Source of the DNA: Rebecca billardiae RCC1528
Taxonomy: Eukaryota; Protista; Haptophyta
DNA: 64,000 nt
Direction: 5' to 3'
NCBI GenBank assembly: GCA_965240325.2
Contig: OZ251224.1
Coordinates: 62,001-126,000 of the forward strand
Shown here: positions 23,904 to 34,835 of the stretch, piece after piece
How the letters are laid out: the number at the start of each line of letters is the position of its first letter
Position numbering within the stretch: position 1 is the first letter of the stretch
The notes under the pieces: generated by a model
Database searches by the model: none
Seen by the model: the letters and a program-made list of their open reading frames with translations, nothing else
What the model was told of the DNA's origin: nothing
Position numbers and translations under genes: made by a program

Positions 23904-26727
23904 CGCGCCGCCGCCGCTCGGGACGAGGTCCGCGCGCCGACGCCGCGGGCGGCGGTGCCCGCGGTGTGTGCGCACGTGCTCGACGCGCAGGCGTGCGCCG
24001 CCTGGTACCGCGCTGCGCCCGCGCCCGGTCCGAGCGCGCGGCGCGCCGGCGGCGGCGCGCCGGTGCCGTGCGCGCGCGGCTGCCACGGCCGTGGCGTGTG
24101 CAACGCGCAGACGGGCGTGTGCGCGTGCCGCGCGGGCTGGCTCGCGCCGTCGTGCGCCGAGCGCTCCGTGCGCGCGTGCAACGGCCCCACCGACGGCCTC
24201 TGGGTCGCCTCGCACTGCGCGGGCGAGTGCGACGACGCCACCGGCTTCTGCTGGTGCCCCGGCCGGCTGAGGGAGCGGCCGTTACCCGACCACTGTCAGC
24301 CGAGGCACATGCCCGCGCTGGCGTACGCGGCGCTCGGGCTGCGCGCGGACCCGGGCTCGGCGGCGCTCTCGGCGCGGAACGGCTCCGTCCTGCGCGAGCC
24401 GCCCGCCGACCACGCCGAGCGCCGCGCCGCCGGCGCCGCGCTGCAGGCGGCGAGCGCGGCGCTCGAGGCGCAGCCGAGCGCGCGCGCGGCCGTGCTGCGC
24501 GCGTGGTGGTTCGGCCAGCGCGCGGACGCGCCGCGCGTGGCGGTGGACGCGGCGACGGGCGTGCCGCACGCGCTGCCGCGCGCGCCGCCCAACGCACCCG
24601 CCGCCGCGCGCGAGCCGCCGCCCGACACGCGCGCACTCGCCGAGCTCGGCGCCGCCGCCGCCGCGCGCGCCGCGGCCGGCGCGGCCGGCGCGGCCGGCGC
24701 GGCCGGCGGCGGCGGCGGCGGCGGCGGCGCGGGGCCGCTGCTGGTGGCGCCCGACGCGCTGTACGCGCGGATCAGCGCGCGCGGCACGGTGCACACGGAC
24801 CGCCTGCTGCGCGCCGACGCGCCCGCCGTCCCGCAGCCCGACGACGCGCGCCTCGGCCCGAAGCAGCCGCGCGCGTGGTGCGAGGCGGCGCCCGCGCCGC
24901 CCGGCGCGCCCGCGCCGCCGCGCCCCGCGCCGTGCGGCTGCGTGTACGACGGGCTGCACGGCGCGCTGTGCGAGGAGCGGCACGAGGCGTTCTGCCTGAA
25001 CCAGTGCTCGGGCCACGGCGCGTGCGCCTCGCCGGGCGGCGCGCACTGCGAGTGCGACGAGGGCTACTTCGGCGTCGACTGCTCGCTCACCACCGAGACG
25101 GGCGCGGACGGCGCGCGCAGGGTCGTGCTGCACAGCGGACACGCGGCGCGCGCGGCCGGCGGCCTGGGCGCGCGCTCCGCCGCGGTGTACGTGTACGAGC
25201 TGCCCGAGGCGAGCACGCTGCTGCTGCAGCTGCGCGCGGACAAGCGCTCGTGCACGCACCGCCACTTTGACGAGCGCAACCGGGTGCGCGCGCGCGGGCG
25301 CGCGCGCGCGCCGTGGCGGCACGCCTCGCCCGGCGCGCGCGGCTCACAAGCGCGCCCGCGCGCGCGCGCTGTGCGTGCCGCGCCGCGCGCCGCGCCGCGC
25401 GCGCGCGCGCCAGTCCGTGTTCAACCCGGGCTACCCGTACTCGGTGGAGGTGGCGGTGCACGAGGCGCTGCTCGCGTCCGCGCACCGCGTGGCCGACCCC
25501 GCCCTCGCCTCGTGGTTCTACGCGCCGGTGTACGCCGCGTGCCTCATCCTGCCCGTGAACGACTACGTGGGCCCCGGGCCGTGGGCGAGCGGCTACCCGA
25601 TGCGGCCGGTGAGCGCGATGCGGCTGTTCGTGGACGCGCTCGCGCAGCTCAGGGCGCAGGGGCCGTGGTGGGACGCGTCGGGCGGGCGGGACCACGTCTT
25701 CCTCTTCGCGCACGACGAGGGTGGCTGCTGGGCCCCCGCCTCCATCGCCGCGCGCGCCACCCTGCTCTCGCACTGGGGGCGCACCGACCCCGCGCCCGAC
25801 TCCTCCTCGCGCTACATGGCGGACAACTGGCAGAGCGACCACGCCTCCGACACGCGCGCGCCGTCGGGCAGGCGGTGGGACTTCCCGGGCGGCTCGCGCG
25901 CGATGATCGGGCAGCACCCGTGCCACGTGCCGGGCAAGGACCTCGTCGTGCCCGTCTTCTCCGCGCCCGCGCACTGGCGAGACTCGCCGTGGCTGCGCGT
26001 GCGCGCGGCCGCGGACGCGGCGCGCGCGCGCGCGCCCGCGCCCAACCGCACGGCCGCCGCCGCCGCCGCGGCCGCGGCCGCGCTCGACGCCGAGCTCGCG
26101 CGGCCGCGCAAGCACTTTGTGTACTTCTCGGGCAACCTCGCGCTGCGCGAGCCCAAGAAGTACGCGCGCGGCGTGCGCCACCGGCTGTACGCCGCGTTCA
26201 ACGGCACGCCCGGCTGGACACTCGTGGGCTCGCGCGGCGCCCAGTACTCGTCCGACCTCGCAGACTCGGAGTTCTGCCTGGTGCCGCCCGGTGGGGACGG
26301 CTGGTCGTCGCGCGTGGACGACGCGGTGCGGCACGGCTGCATCCCCGTGATCATCATGGACGGCGTGCGCATGCCCTTCGAGGAGCAGCTCGACTACGCC
26401 GCGTTCAGCGTGCGCGTGCCAGAGGCGCACGTCGAGCGCACCGACGCGCGGCTGCGCGCGATCGGCGAGCGCACGCGCGCGCAGATGCGGCGCGCGATGG
26501 GCGCCGTGTGGACGCGCTTCACGTACGCGCGGCAGCTGCTCGACGACGACGCCTTCCTCGGCGCCACGGCGCGCCTGCCGCGCACGCACCGCGCCGAGCG
26601 GCCCCTGCCGTCGCTGCGCGCGATGATGGCCGAGCGCGACGGGCCGGACGGCGCGCCCACGCGCGCGGACGCGCTCGAGACGATCCTGATGGCGCTGCAC
26701 GCGCGCGCGCGCGCGCGGCGCTCGTAA
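23676..26727 (+). CDS. Exostosin-family (GT47) glycosyltransferase with EGF-like repeats; intron 25284-25413
   Basis: N-terminal TM, CLNQCSGHGAC..CECDEGYFGVDC, VYVYELP, WWDASGGRDHVFLFAHDEG, KDLVVP, SEFCLVPPGGDGWSSR, GCIPVII, PFEEQLDY. Confidence 0.93.
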
Positions 26728-26976
26728 GTTGTCGTACGTAATAATGATCGGCTACGCCGATCTTCGGGTAGTGAACAACGAAGTTGAGGGCGCACGGCCC
26801 TAGTGGCTAGTGCTCAGACTCAGAGTCACCGATCACGCAGCTTGTGAATGTGAGCAGCAGCCGCGGCTTGTGACGACACGGTCGGACGGTCGGACGGTGC
26901 CGGTGCGGCGGGGGCAGCGGCGGCGCGACGGCGTCGGCGGTGGCGCGCTCGCACAGCGTCCTGCAGCACGTTAAGC

Positions 26977-27380
26977 GCAGCGTGACTGCGTGTGCAGCAG
27001 CGCGCCGCTCAGCTCCCGCCGCTCCACGCCGCCGCAGCGGCGCGCGCGGCGCGCGCCCGCCTCGGCCGCGGCCGCGCCCGCCACCGTCCGTCGCGCCGCC
27101 GCCAGCTGCGCTGCAGCGTGACTGCGTGTGCAGCAGCGCGCCGCTCAGCTCCCGCCGCTCCACGCCGCCGCAGCGGCGCGCGCGGCGCGCGCCCGCCTCG
27201 GCCGCGGCCGCGCCCGCCACCGTCCGTCGCGCCGCCGCCAGCTGCGCTGCAGCGTGACTGCGTGTGCAGCAGCGCGCCGCTCAGCTCCCGCCGCTCCACG
27301 CCGCCGCAGCGGCGCGCGCGGCGCGCGCCCGCTTCGGCCGCGGCCGCGCCCGCCACCGTCCGTCGCGCCGCCGCCAGCTG
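26977..27380. repeat. Tandem repeat, 136-bp unit, about 3 copies
   Basis: cagcgtgactgcgtgtgcagcagcgcgccgctcagctccc... recurs every 136 bp, nearly identical. Confidence 0.9.
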
Positions 27381-27664
27381 CTGCGCCGTCGGTGACGGCG
27401 GCGGGTCGAGTGCGGAGAGGAGGTGGATGAGCCAGTGCAGCCCGGACTGCGTGACGTCCACGTCCACCACCGCGTCCTCCTTCGCCACCGCCATCTCCTC
27501 CGCCCGCCCCGCCCCCCAGCGGCGGTCCCACCACCCAGGCGGCGACCGGCCCGGCGCGCGCTGCGGGCGCCCGCGCGCCGCCGCTGCCGTCGGCGGCGGC
27601 GATCGCGGCGGCGAGCGGCGATCGCGGCAGCCCGTCGGGCGGCGGCGGCGGCGCGCCGCCGCCC

Positions 27665-27748
27665 TCCGCTCCGCCCTCCGACGCCGCCCTCCGACGCCGC
27701 CCTCCGACGCCGCCCTCCGACGCCGCCCTCCGACGCCGCCGCCTCCGA
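27665..27748. repeat. 14-bp tandem repeat (ccctccgacgccgc), about 5 copies
   Basis: Direct reading. Confidence 0.85.
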
Positions 27749-29857
27749 TCCGCCCCGCCGCCGCCGGGCGACTGCGCTCGGATGACGAACCGGCTGGGCG
27801 GCAGCGACCAGCCGCGTGGGCAGCGACGCGACGCGCTCTCCGCCGCTGACGGAGGAGTTGACGGAGGTCGTGCGCGCGAGGTCGGCGGCGGTGTGCGCGG
27901 CGGCGCTGGGCGAGTGCGCCAGCCTCTCGGGCAGCACATGCCCCGCCGCGCGCCCGCCGCCGCCCAGGCTCCCGCGCTCGGCCTCGCGCCGCACCGCCGC
28001 GCGGTCCGAGTGCAGACGCCTGTCGACCGGATAGGTCAGATTTGCGACGCAGCCTGCGGAGAGGGTGGCGCATGCGGCGGGCTCGGCGGGGTCGAGCGCA
28101 CAGTGCGCGATCACCTCGAGCAGCAGCTGCGCCACCCCGTACGCGCGCAGCATCGGCGCGTCCGGTCGCATCACCCGTGCACTCCGGTCGCCAGCAAGCC
28201 GCGGAGCCGCGGCGGCGGCGGCACGCGGGCGGCCGCCGCCGGCGAGGGTGAGGACGGACATGCCATTCGGCGCACCTCCCTCGACTGCGCCGCCACCATC
28301 GCCCTCGCTCCCTTCAGCCGCCTCCCCCGACGCCTCCGCCTCCGCCTCCGCCGCACCGCCGCCGCACCCGCGGCACCTTGCCGTTGGATCGTCGTCACCG
28401 AGCCGTCACGCGCACCTTTCCGTGCCGATCATCATTGATCAGAGTCTGTCCAGGACAGCGTACACCCATTTGAATCAGAGAGCTCTTAAATATTGATCGC
28501 AGATAGAGCGCGGGAACGTCGATTCAAGCTACCCGCGCAATACCATATCGCGTCGCTGCCATCATTGTTGATGAGCGAATTCAGGCCTCATCAACAAATG
28601 ATCATATGGGTCGAGAGCGAGAATGTTCGCCTTCAGGCTATGTCGTTCATCTGAAATACAAGAATTGGATTGCCACCGAACCAAATGTTTGGTTCGCTTT
28701 ATGCAGAATCTCGTTTCAGTTGAATGGCGGGCGATCGTCTTTCGTTGAAACGGTGTTTTTGAAGCGCAGTTCTCTTAAGAGAAGAGGGATGCGTCTAATC
28801 TAAAACGCTGTTTTTCAGAAGCGCGTGAATCAAAGCTGACGACCCAACCTATCGTTTCTATGGTTGGCGAGCTGTTTCAGGCTCTTACAATTCAGGCATC
28901 TTACTATGACGGAATGTTCTAACACACGGCTGGTGTTATGTGCTATTCCACCCTGCATTCCCCTAAGTGTTACTATCGTTAAAATTAAGGGGCAGTACAA
29001 ACGCAATCATTGCGGCAGCGATATCCACTCATACGCGGTGGCCACCTACCGAAAAATCCCCAAAATCCTGCGCGCATCCTCTTTTTGATTTTGCGGAGCA
29101 CGTGCGCCGCCCCCCCCCCGGCTTTCGCTCACGCTCAGACCTTTCGGGGGGGGGGCGTGCGCCATAATTAAGCAGTAGTAGTGTAATCTATCGTCAAGTA
29201 TATATTGATTCATCATATCGTCGTAATTCGTATCGCCGGCGCCGCGTCGATCGAGTCGTGACTGTCAGACGTGTATCACTCGGTGAGCGTCCGCGACCGT
29301 GACAGCGCGTGACAAGCGTCGGTCGTCTTCCGAGCCTCGGTCAGACCGAGCCAGCCTGCAGTAGTACCGCCGCGCCTATATACTGAGTGATGCCGCCATG
29401 CTCACTCGCTATCACTCTCTGACTCTGTACTCACTAGCTACTCTCAGGCGGTCAGCGGAGCTGCGGTCGGGGAGCCCGCAGCACGGCCTCGGCTGAGACT
29501 CGTCATCCGACGGTCCCGCGTGGCGCGCCGGCCTGTCCGGCCTCCGTTCACCGTTGCCCGCCACTAGTCACTCGACTCGCGCCACTCGGGTCAGTCACTC
29601 GGGGCCACCGTGCACCGGGGACCATGACCATCCGGCGACAGTAGGCGACATTGCAGCGGATATGATGAGCGTCCGGCGATCGACTCTATTCGACTTATTC
29701 TATTACAAGTCGTCGTCGTCTCGGCGGTGAAGAGCGGCTGAGCGGATCGATGATCTCGGATAAATATGACTACTACTGACGACCGCCCGGTAACCGGCAC
29801 TGAGTCTGACCGTCACTCACGTCAGGACCGCCGCCACCGTGATCGTGCGAGTTGGCG

Positions 29858-30380
29858 TCAGAAGGTCGAGCCCGGCACGAAGGTCATCTTGCAGCTTTGC
29901 AGCGATCTCACCTGCGGACAAAGAGAGGCGACATCCGCGCGTGGCGCCGCGCGCCGTCGGCGTCTCAGCCTCGCGCAGCGCGCGGCGGCGGGCGGTGCGC
30001 GCGCTGTGTGAGAGCGCCTACCATGTTGAGCGTGTCCTGGTACGGCAGGAAGCGCACGTCCGTGTCGTTGACGCAGATGAGCTGGTCGCCCACCTGCACG
30101 CCGGCCTTCTGAGCCTCGCTCTGGTCGTCCAGCTTCGAGACGATCATGCCCTCTCCGGACGGCAGCTGCGCACGCACGCGCGGTGGGGGGAAGGCACGGT
30201 TACGACCGGGGCCGGACGTGGAGCGGCGGCACGCGCGCGACGCATCGGTGCAGCGCAGCCCACCTGCTTGAAGTAGATGCCATAGCCGGTCTGCCCCTGC
30301 GTGATCCACACGTTGATCACGCCCGCTGGGAGCGGCGGTTTGTCCACAGGCGCGCTTGCCGCAGCAGGCGCGGTTGCCAT
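29858..30380 (-). CDS. Small single-PDZ-domain protein (104 aa); exons 30380-30264, 30165-30022, 29911-29858
   Basis: Spliced product has QGQTGYGIYF (GLGF-loop equivalent), SEAQKAGVQVGDQLICVNDTDV and VRSLQSCKMTF; canonical GT-AG introns in phase 0. Confidence 0.88.
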
Positions 30381-30855
30381 GCTGGTTCGCGCTGTCCCTC
30401 TGGCCAACGCCGCCGCTCGCGAGTCAAGACAGTACTCAACTGTCTCAAGTCTTGACAGTGAGGTCCGGCTGGTATGCACAGACAGCACAGTGCCAGTCCG
30501 GCCTGACAGAATCTGAGCAGAACGATCCAACCCGCAACCGCCTCCGATTGGTCCAATGTCAATGGTCGTCAATGGGGACTACTGACTGCACATGAGTCCT
30601 GGTAGCCTTCGAAGAGTTTCAGAAGCTGCTGCTCCTTGCTGCTAGGATGATCAGATGTCGTCAGAGTCAGTAGGATCGTCGGAGCTGATCGACTTGGTAG
30701 TCGTTGTGCTCGAGATTTATTAATTCCGAACAGTACGTCATCGACGACTCGCGCGACGAGGCGCGGATATTTCCGATCCGCAGACAGAGCCTGCTGCTGC
30801 CGCGCCGGTCGAGCCCGTGCGAGCCCGGCACTCAGCGGCGGCCCGCCGGCCGGCC

Positions 30856-32934
30856 TCACCCCTCCGAGTCCGCGCGCGCGGCGGCAGCGCCCGTCACCGC
30901 CGCCGCCTTTGGGTGCCGCGGCTCCCACCAGTAGGGCGTGCGCGCCAGCACGCGCGCGAGCGCCGGCTCGAACGCGTGGAGGGGCAGGCTCGGGTAGTCC
31001 GGGTCGAACGCCGCCTGGTCGTACGCCTCGCACCAGCGCGCGGTCGCGTCCCACCACGAGGCGTTGGGCGCGCGCGCGCGCAGGGCCTGCCGCGCCTCCC
31101 TGTCCCCGCCCACGTGGTGGTAGTAGTAGTACCCCTGGAAGACCTCGTGCTGCGCCAGCAGCCACGCGGCGGAGGGCGAGAGGTACGGCTCGAGCAGCGC
31201 GGACACGGCGCCGCCGTGGTTCTTGGACGCGAGGTTCTCCGTGGCGTCGTGCAGCAGCGAGGCGACCACCACCTCCTCCGACTCGCCGCCCCTGAGCGCG
31301 CGCGTCGCCGTCTGCAGCGCGTGCTCGAGCAAGTCCACGGGCGCGCCCAGGTACACGCCCCGCTGCGCGGTCAGCAGCCCGAGCAGCGTGCGCCCGAGGA
31401 CGGCGTCGACAGCGCCGCCGTACGCGCTGCCCATCGCGGCGAAGTCGGCGGCGGTGGCGGCGCCGAGGGCGCGCCACGCCGTCTGCGGCGCCACCGTGCC
31501 GTCCGGCCCGCCCGGCGCGCGCGCCAGCCGGCGCAGCCGCGCGTGCAGCCGCGCGGCCGCGCCGCGCTCGAGCGCGCACGCGCCGCCGTGCGCGCCGCCC
31601 GCCGGCTCGACTCGCCAGCCGCCGTCGGCGCGCGCGCGCATGAGGAGCACGCGCGCGGGGTCGTACGCCAGCACGTCCCCGGGCGCGAGCTGCACGCTGA
31701 TGCCCATCGACGCCTCGCGCGCAAGCTCGTCGAAGCGGCGGCGCGCGGCCTCGAGCGCGGCGCCGCCGGCCACCTCACCGCGCGCCGCTGCGGGGCCCGG
31801 CGCGGCACCGCCGCCGTCGGCCCGATCGGCGTCGTCGGCGCACGCGTGCGGGAAGTGCAGCCGGAGCACGCAGCGCGCGGCGCGGCAGCGCGCGGCACCC
31901 CGCGCCGCACCGGCGGGCATACCGTCCGCCGGCCTCAGCTCCACGCGCGGCGCGGGCACGCGCTGCTCCTCCGAGCCGCCCTCCAGCCCGGGGGCGCTCG
32001 GCGCGCCGCGCGCGCCTCCGTCCACGAGCGCGTCAAAGAGGTGCGGCGCCTCCGCGCCCAGCGCCTCGAGCAGCGCGAGCGCGTCCACGAGCCGCACGGG
32101 GCCCGGCGCAGCCTCGCCGGCGTGGACCAGCGCAAAGTCGGGCGCGCGCGGCGCCGAGGCTTGGGCCGGGGCCGGCGCCTCCCCGGGCTGCGCCGCCGCG
32201 GCCGCGTGCGCTGCGGGCCGCGGCTCGGCGGGGTGCGCGCGCGCCGGGCGGTGGTGGTCGGCGGCGCTGCCGTCGGCGTCGGCAGCCGCGCGCGCGTCGA
32301 GCTGGGCATCCCGCTCCGCCGGGTGCACGCTCGAGAGCGCGCGCGACACCCGCGCGCACTCGCCCTCGCCGTGCGGCGTGCGCCGCAGCAGCACCAGCCC
32401 GGAGCCGAACAGGCGGCCGAGCGCGTGCCGGCGGCGCGGCCACAGGGGCGCGGCGCCGAGCCGCGGGTCGAGGAGCTCGGCGTAATCCACTTCGGGTGGC
32501 GCGCTCAGGTTGGACGTCCACAGCGTGAGCGGCGGCGGCACGGGCTCATCCAGCTGCCCCAGCGCCGCCGATGCGCGCGCGGCTCCGTCGGCCTCGCCCT
32601 CGGCCGCGCGGTACCGAGCGCCCAGCTCGTCGATGCGCAGCGCGAGCGAGAGGCCGTCCGCGAAGCGCACGCGCAGCACCGAGCCCTCCTCCGCGGGCGA
32701 AGGCGGCTCCACGCTCGCGTCGACGATGGGCGCGTGCGCGCGGCACTGCGCTGCGGGCTGCTCGGACCCACCGGTCGTGTGCGCGCAGCCCTCGCGCAGC
32801 CAGTCCGCGCCCAGCCAGCCGGAGAGGGCGGGCGCGTCGAGGAGTAGGCCGAGGCCGTCGGTGGCCACCGACACCGACGCGTGCGCGTCCGCGCCCAGCG
32901 CGAGCGGCAGCAGCAGCATGGCGTGTGCCCACAT
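30856..32934 (-). CDS. Fusion: signal peptide + degenerate gamma-butyrobetaine-dioxygenase/TauD-like domain + HD-domain metalloenzyme (PhnZ/MIOX-related superfamily)
   Basis: WLREGC, GLVLLRRTP, LVDAL, LAPGDVLAYDPARVL (BBOX-like); EHALQTA, SLLHD, NHG, HEVFQGYYYYHH, YDQAAFDPDYPSLPL (HD domain). Confidence 0.8.
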   Translation of the reverse strand: MWAHAMLLLPLALGADAHASVSVATDGLGLLLDAPALSGWLGADWLREGCAHTTGGSEQPAAQCRAHAPIVDASVEPPSPAEEGSVLRVRFADGLSLALRIDELGARYRAAEGEADGAARASAALGQLDEPVPPPLTLWTSNLSAPPEVDYAELLDPRLGAAPLWPRRRHALGRLFGSGLVLLRRTPHGEGECARVSRALSSVHPAERDAQLDARAAADADGSAADHHRPARAHPAEPRPAAHAAAAAQPGEAPAPAQASAPRAPDFALVHAGEAAPGPVRLVDALALLEALGAEAPHLFDALVDGGARGAPSAPGLEGGSEEQRVPAPRVELRPADGMPAGAARGAARCRAARCVLRLHFPHACADDADRADGGGAAPGPAAARGEVAGGAALEAARRRFDELAREASMGISVQLAPGDVLAYDPARVLLMRARADGGWRVEPAGGAHGGACALERGAAARLHARLRRLARAPGGPDGTVAPQTAWRALGAATAADFAAMGSAYGGAVDAVLGRTLLGLLTAQRGVYLGAPVDLLEHALQTATRALRGGESEEVVVASLLHDATENLASKNHGGAVSALLEPYLSPSAAWLLAQHEVFQGYYYYHHVGGDREARQALRARAPNASWWDATARWCEAYDQAAFDPDYPSLPLHAFEPALARVLARTPYWWEPRHPKAAAVTGAAAARADSEG

Positions 32935-32989
32935 GGCGGCCGGGCCGGGGGGGCACGGACGCGGGGGACGTCGTGCAGGATCACGGTAC

Positions 32990-33660
32990 AGGTCGCTGCT
33001 TCAACTTTCGGACCCGATTGCTGTTCACTTTTTGTGCACGATGGCGGCGGCGCCCCCGGGGGTCTGCGGCGCTCCTCTGGCGGCACCCCCAGGGTGTGCC
33101 TGAGGTACAACCCAGCGGCTATGTACCATTTAGACGACTTTGTTCCACTACCATGTGCCCCACGGACGCCACGGGGTCCACGACGGGGCCGCCGACGGCA
33201 TGCTTCAACTTTCGGACCCGCGGGCTCTCAGCGCGCGCGCCGAGTCAGAGCCGCTGCCTGGTGAGCCGTGTGAGTCGGGCTAACGGCATCATGCATTCTA
33301 GACATAACATACATGCAGTAGACCACCTCAGGAACGGACGAACATGCTCACTCAGCTTCCGCGCTAGCCGCCCAGACGGCAGCTGCGGCTGCGCCGCCGC
33401 GGGCACCGTCGACCACTAGTTCGGACCGCATGCTCTCAGCATGCACGCGGAGTCTGCTAGCAGCTGCGGCCTGGTAGGCCATTTGAGTCGGGCTGACGGC
33501 ATCATACATTCCAGACATCACGTGCGTGTAGCAGCCAACCCCAGGGGCAGGTAAGCATGCTCACCAGGCGACTGTCGATGTCAGCTCCAGACCCTGCGCC
33601 GCGGGCACCGTCCGGCGTTCGCCGTCGACGTCGACCTGGTGAACTTTCGGACCGCCGGCC
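32990..33660. repeat. Diverged tandem repeat, period about 205-220 bp, 3-4 copies
   Basis: ttcggacc core near 33007, 33211, 33421 and 33646; gagtcgggct.acggcatcat.cattc.agacat at about 33272 and 33485; gccgcgggcaccgtc at about 33396 and 33598. Confidence 0.7.
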
Positions 33661-34164
33661 AGCACGCGCACGCGCCGCCTCCGCCTCCTTCTGCGCAGTT
33701 CGCGCGGCCTTCTTCTGGTTGAATTCCCGCAACGACCACGAGTCATTCTGGCCATCATTGAGCCGCATGTTGTCCGGCTTCGGCGCGGCGACCTCTACGG
33801 CGTGCACAGGAAGGATACCGAGCTGGTCGGCGAGCTCAGCCGCGTCGAACCTCACCGCCTCAGCCTAGCGCACGTCATCAAGTTCGGCCTCGTGCTGCTC
33901 ATGAAGGCGCGCGAGCTTGGCGGCCTGGCGTGCCGACTACTGCTTGGCAAGCTTAACGTTGGCGCGGAAGGCTGGAGCAGTCTTCCAGCGCATCCCCGCC
34001 GGCGTGGCTGTGAACACACTCAACTTCGATGATGAGAGCGCGCCAGAGGGCTCGTTGTCGTCGGCCGAGCACGCAGCCGCGCGCCCCAACACCACCGCAT
34101 GGCAGCCGCCTTCTGGGCAACTACCGCGCGCTATATCTTGTAGGTTTCCGCTTTCGCGCCTCAA
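33660..34164 (-). pseudogene. Pseudogenised ORF with two in-frame TAG stops, probably transposon-derived
   Basis: One frame reads ...RANVKLAKQ*SARQAAKLARLHEQHEAELDDVR*AEAVRFDAAELADQLG...QKKAARTAQKEAEAAR; stops at 33937-33939 and 33865-33867. Confidence 0.5.
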
Positions 34165-34488
34165 CTGAGTACGGCTTGACGCCCTTAGCCGCCTTCATCG
34201 AGGCGCTAGCGCTGGGCCCGGCCGGCGCGCACAGCGTAAGCGCGGGCGTACCGATCAGCGCAGCGCCTGAGCTGCGAGCGGCCGAGGACGATGCCAGCAG
34301 GCACCGCGACCCGACTGGTAACGTATAGTGACGGGCACGTCACCCCACGCGCCGACAGGCTGCTCAGCCCTGCCGCGGCGCGCCCGCCACGCACCCGCCG
34401 ATGAGCGAGCCACTGTCGCCATCGCCCGGGTCCGAAAAACGAAGCAGTCCGAAAAATTAACGACGAAGCAGCGACCTGTACCATAGGC

Positions 34489-34591
34489 CAGTACTGCGCC
34501 GGTCTGTTTTGTGGCGGTGTCTTTGTGCAGTGTTGGATGGCGTTAATCACGCCTTAACCAAGCAGTGTGCACGTTAAATCATAGTAAACTG
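34489..34591 (+). mobile_element. Transposon end, variant C (...gcacgttaaatcatagtaaactg|TA)
   Basis: Shares GGATGGCG, GCACGTTAAA and TAAACTG-TA with variant B, and TAGTAAACTG-TA plus the hairpin loop with variant A. Left boundary uncertain. Confidence 0.65.
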
Positions 34592-34835
34592 TATCCATAG
34601 TATACCCTTGTTCTTTTTGGCAGTCCTACAGTGTACAGTCCCCGCCTTTGGCGTCCCCACACTTGCAGTCAGTGCACTCAGTGCTTTGCTGACAGTCGTG
34701 GGGTACATACTGCATACGGGCGTACAGTAGTCATCGGTACGGCAGGCGGCAGCTGAGCTCGATGCGCGCGTGGGTGAGCCTGGCACCGGCGACGGACACG
34801 GGGCAGAGGACGGGGCGCGACTTCGGCAACGCTCA

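Larger units (their letters stand above)
26807..28261 (-). pseudogene. Probably disrupted hypothetical gene
   Basis: Protein-like segments (MLRAYGVAQLLLEVIAHCALD; DVDVTQSGLHWLIHLLSALD) lie in different frames, separated by 14-bp and 136-bp tandem expansions. Confidence 0.35.

Noticed and set aside
20431-25270. Very long Arg/Ala-rich ORFs overlapping real genes (also around 2560-5240 and 7506-12483)
   Set aside because: Shadow frames caused by stop-codon scarcity in very high-GC coding DNA.
34029-34328. Fanzor/TnpB RuvC-III remnant (HRDPTGNV)
   Set aside because: No zinc finger or other RuvC motifs; similarity too weak.
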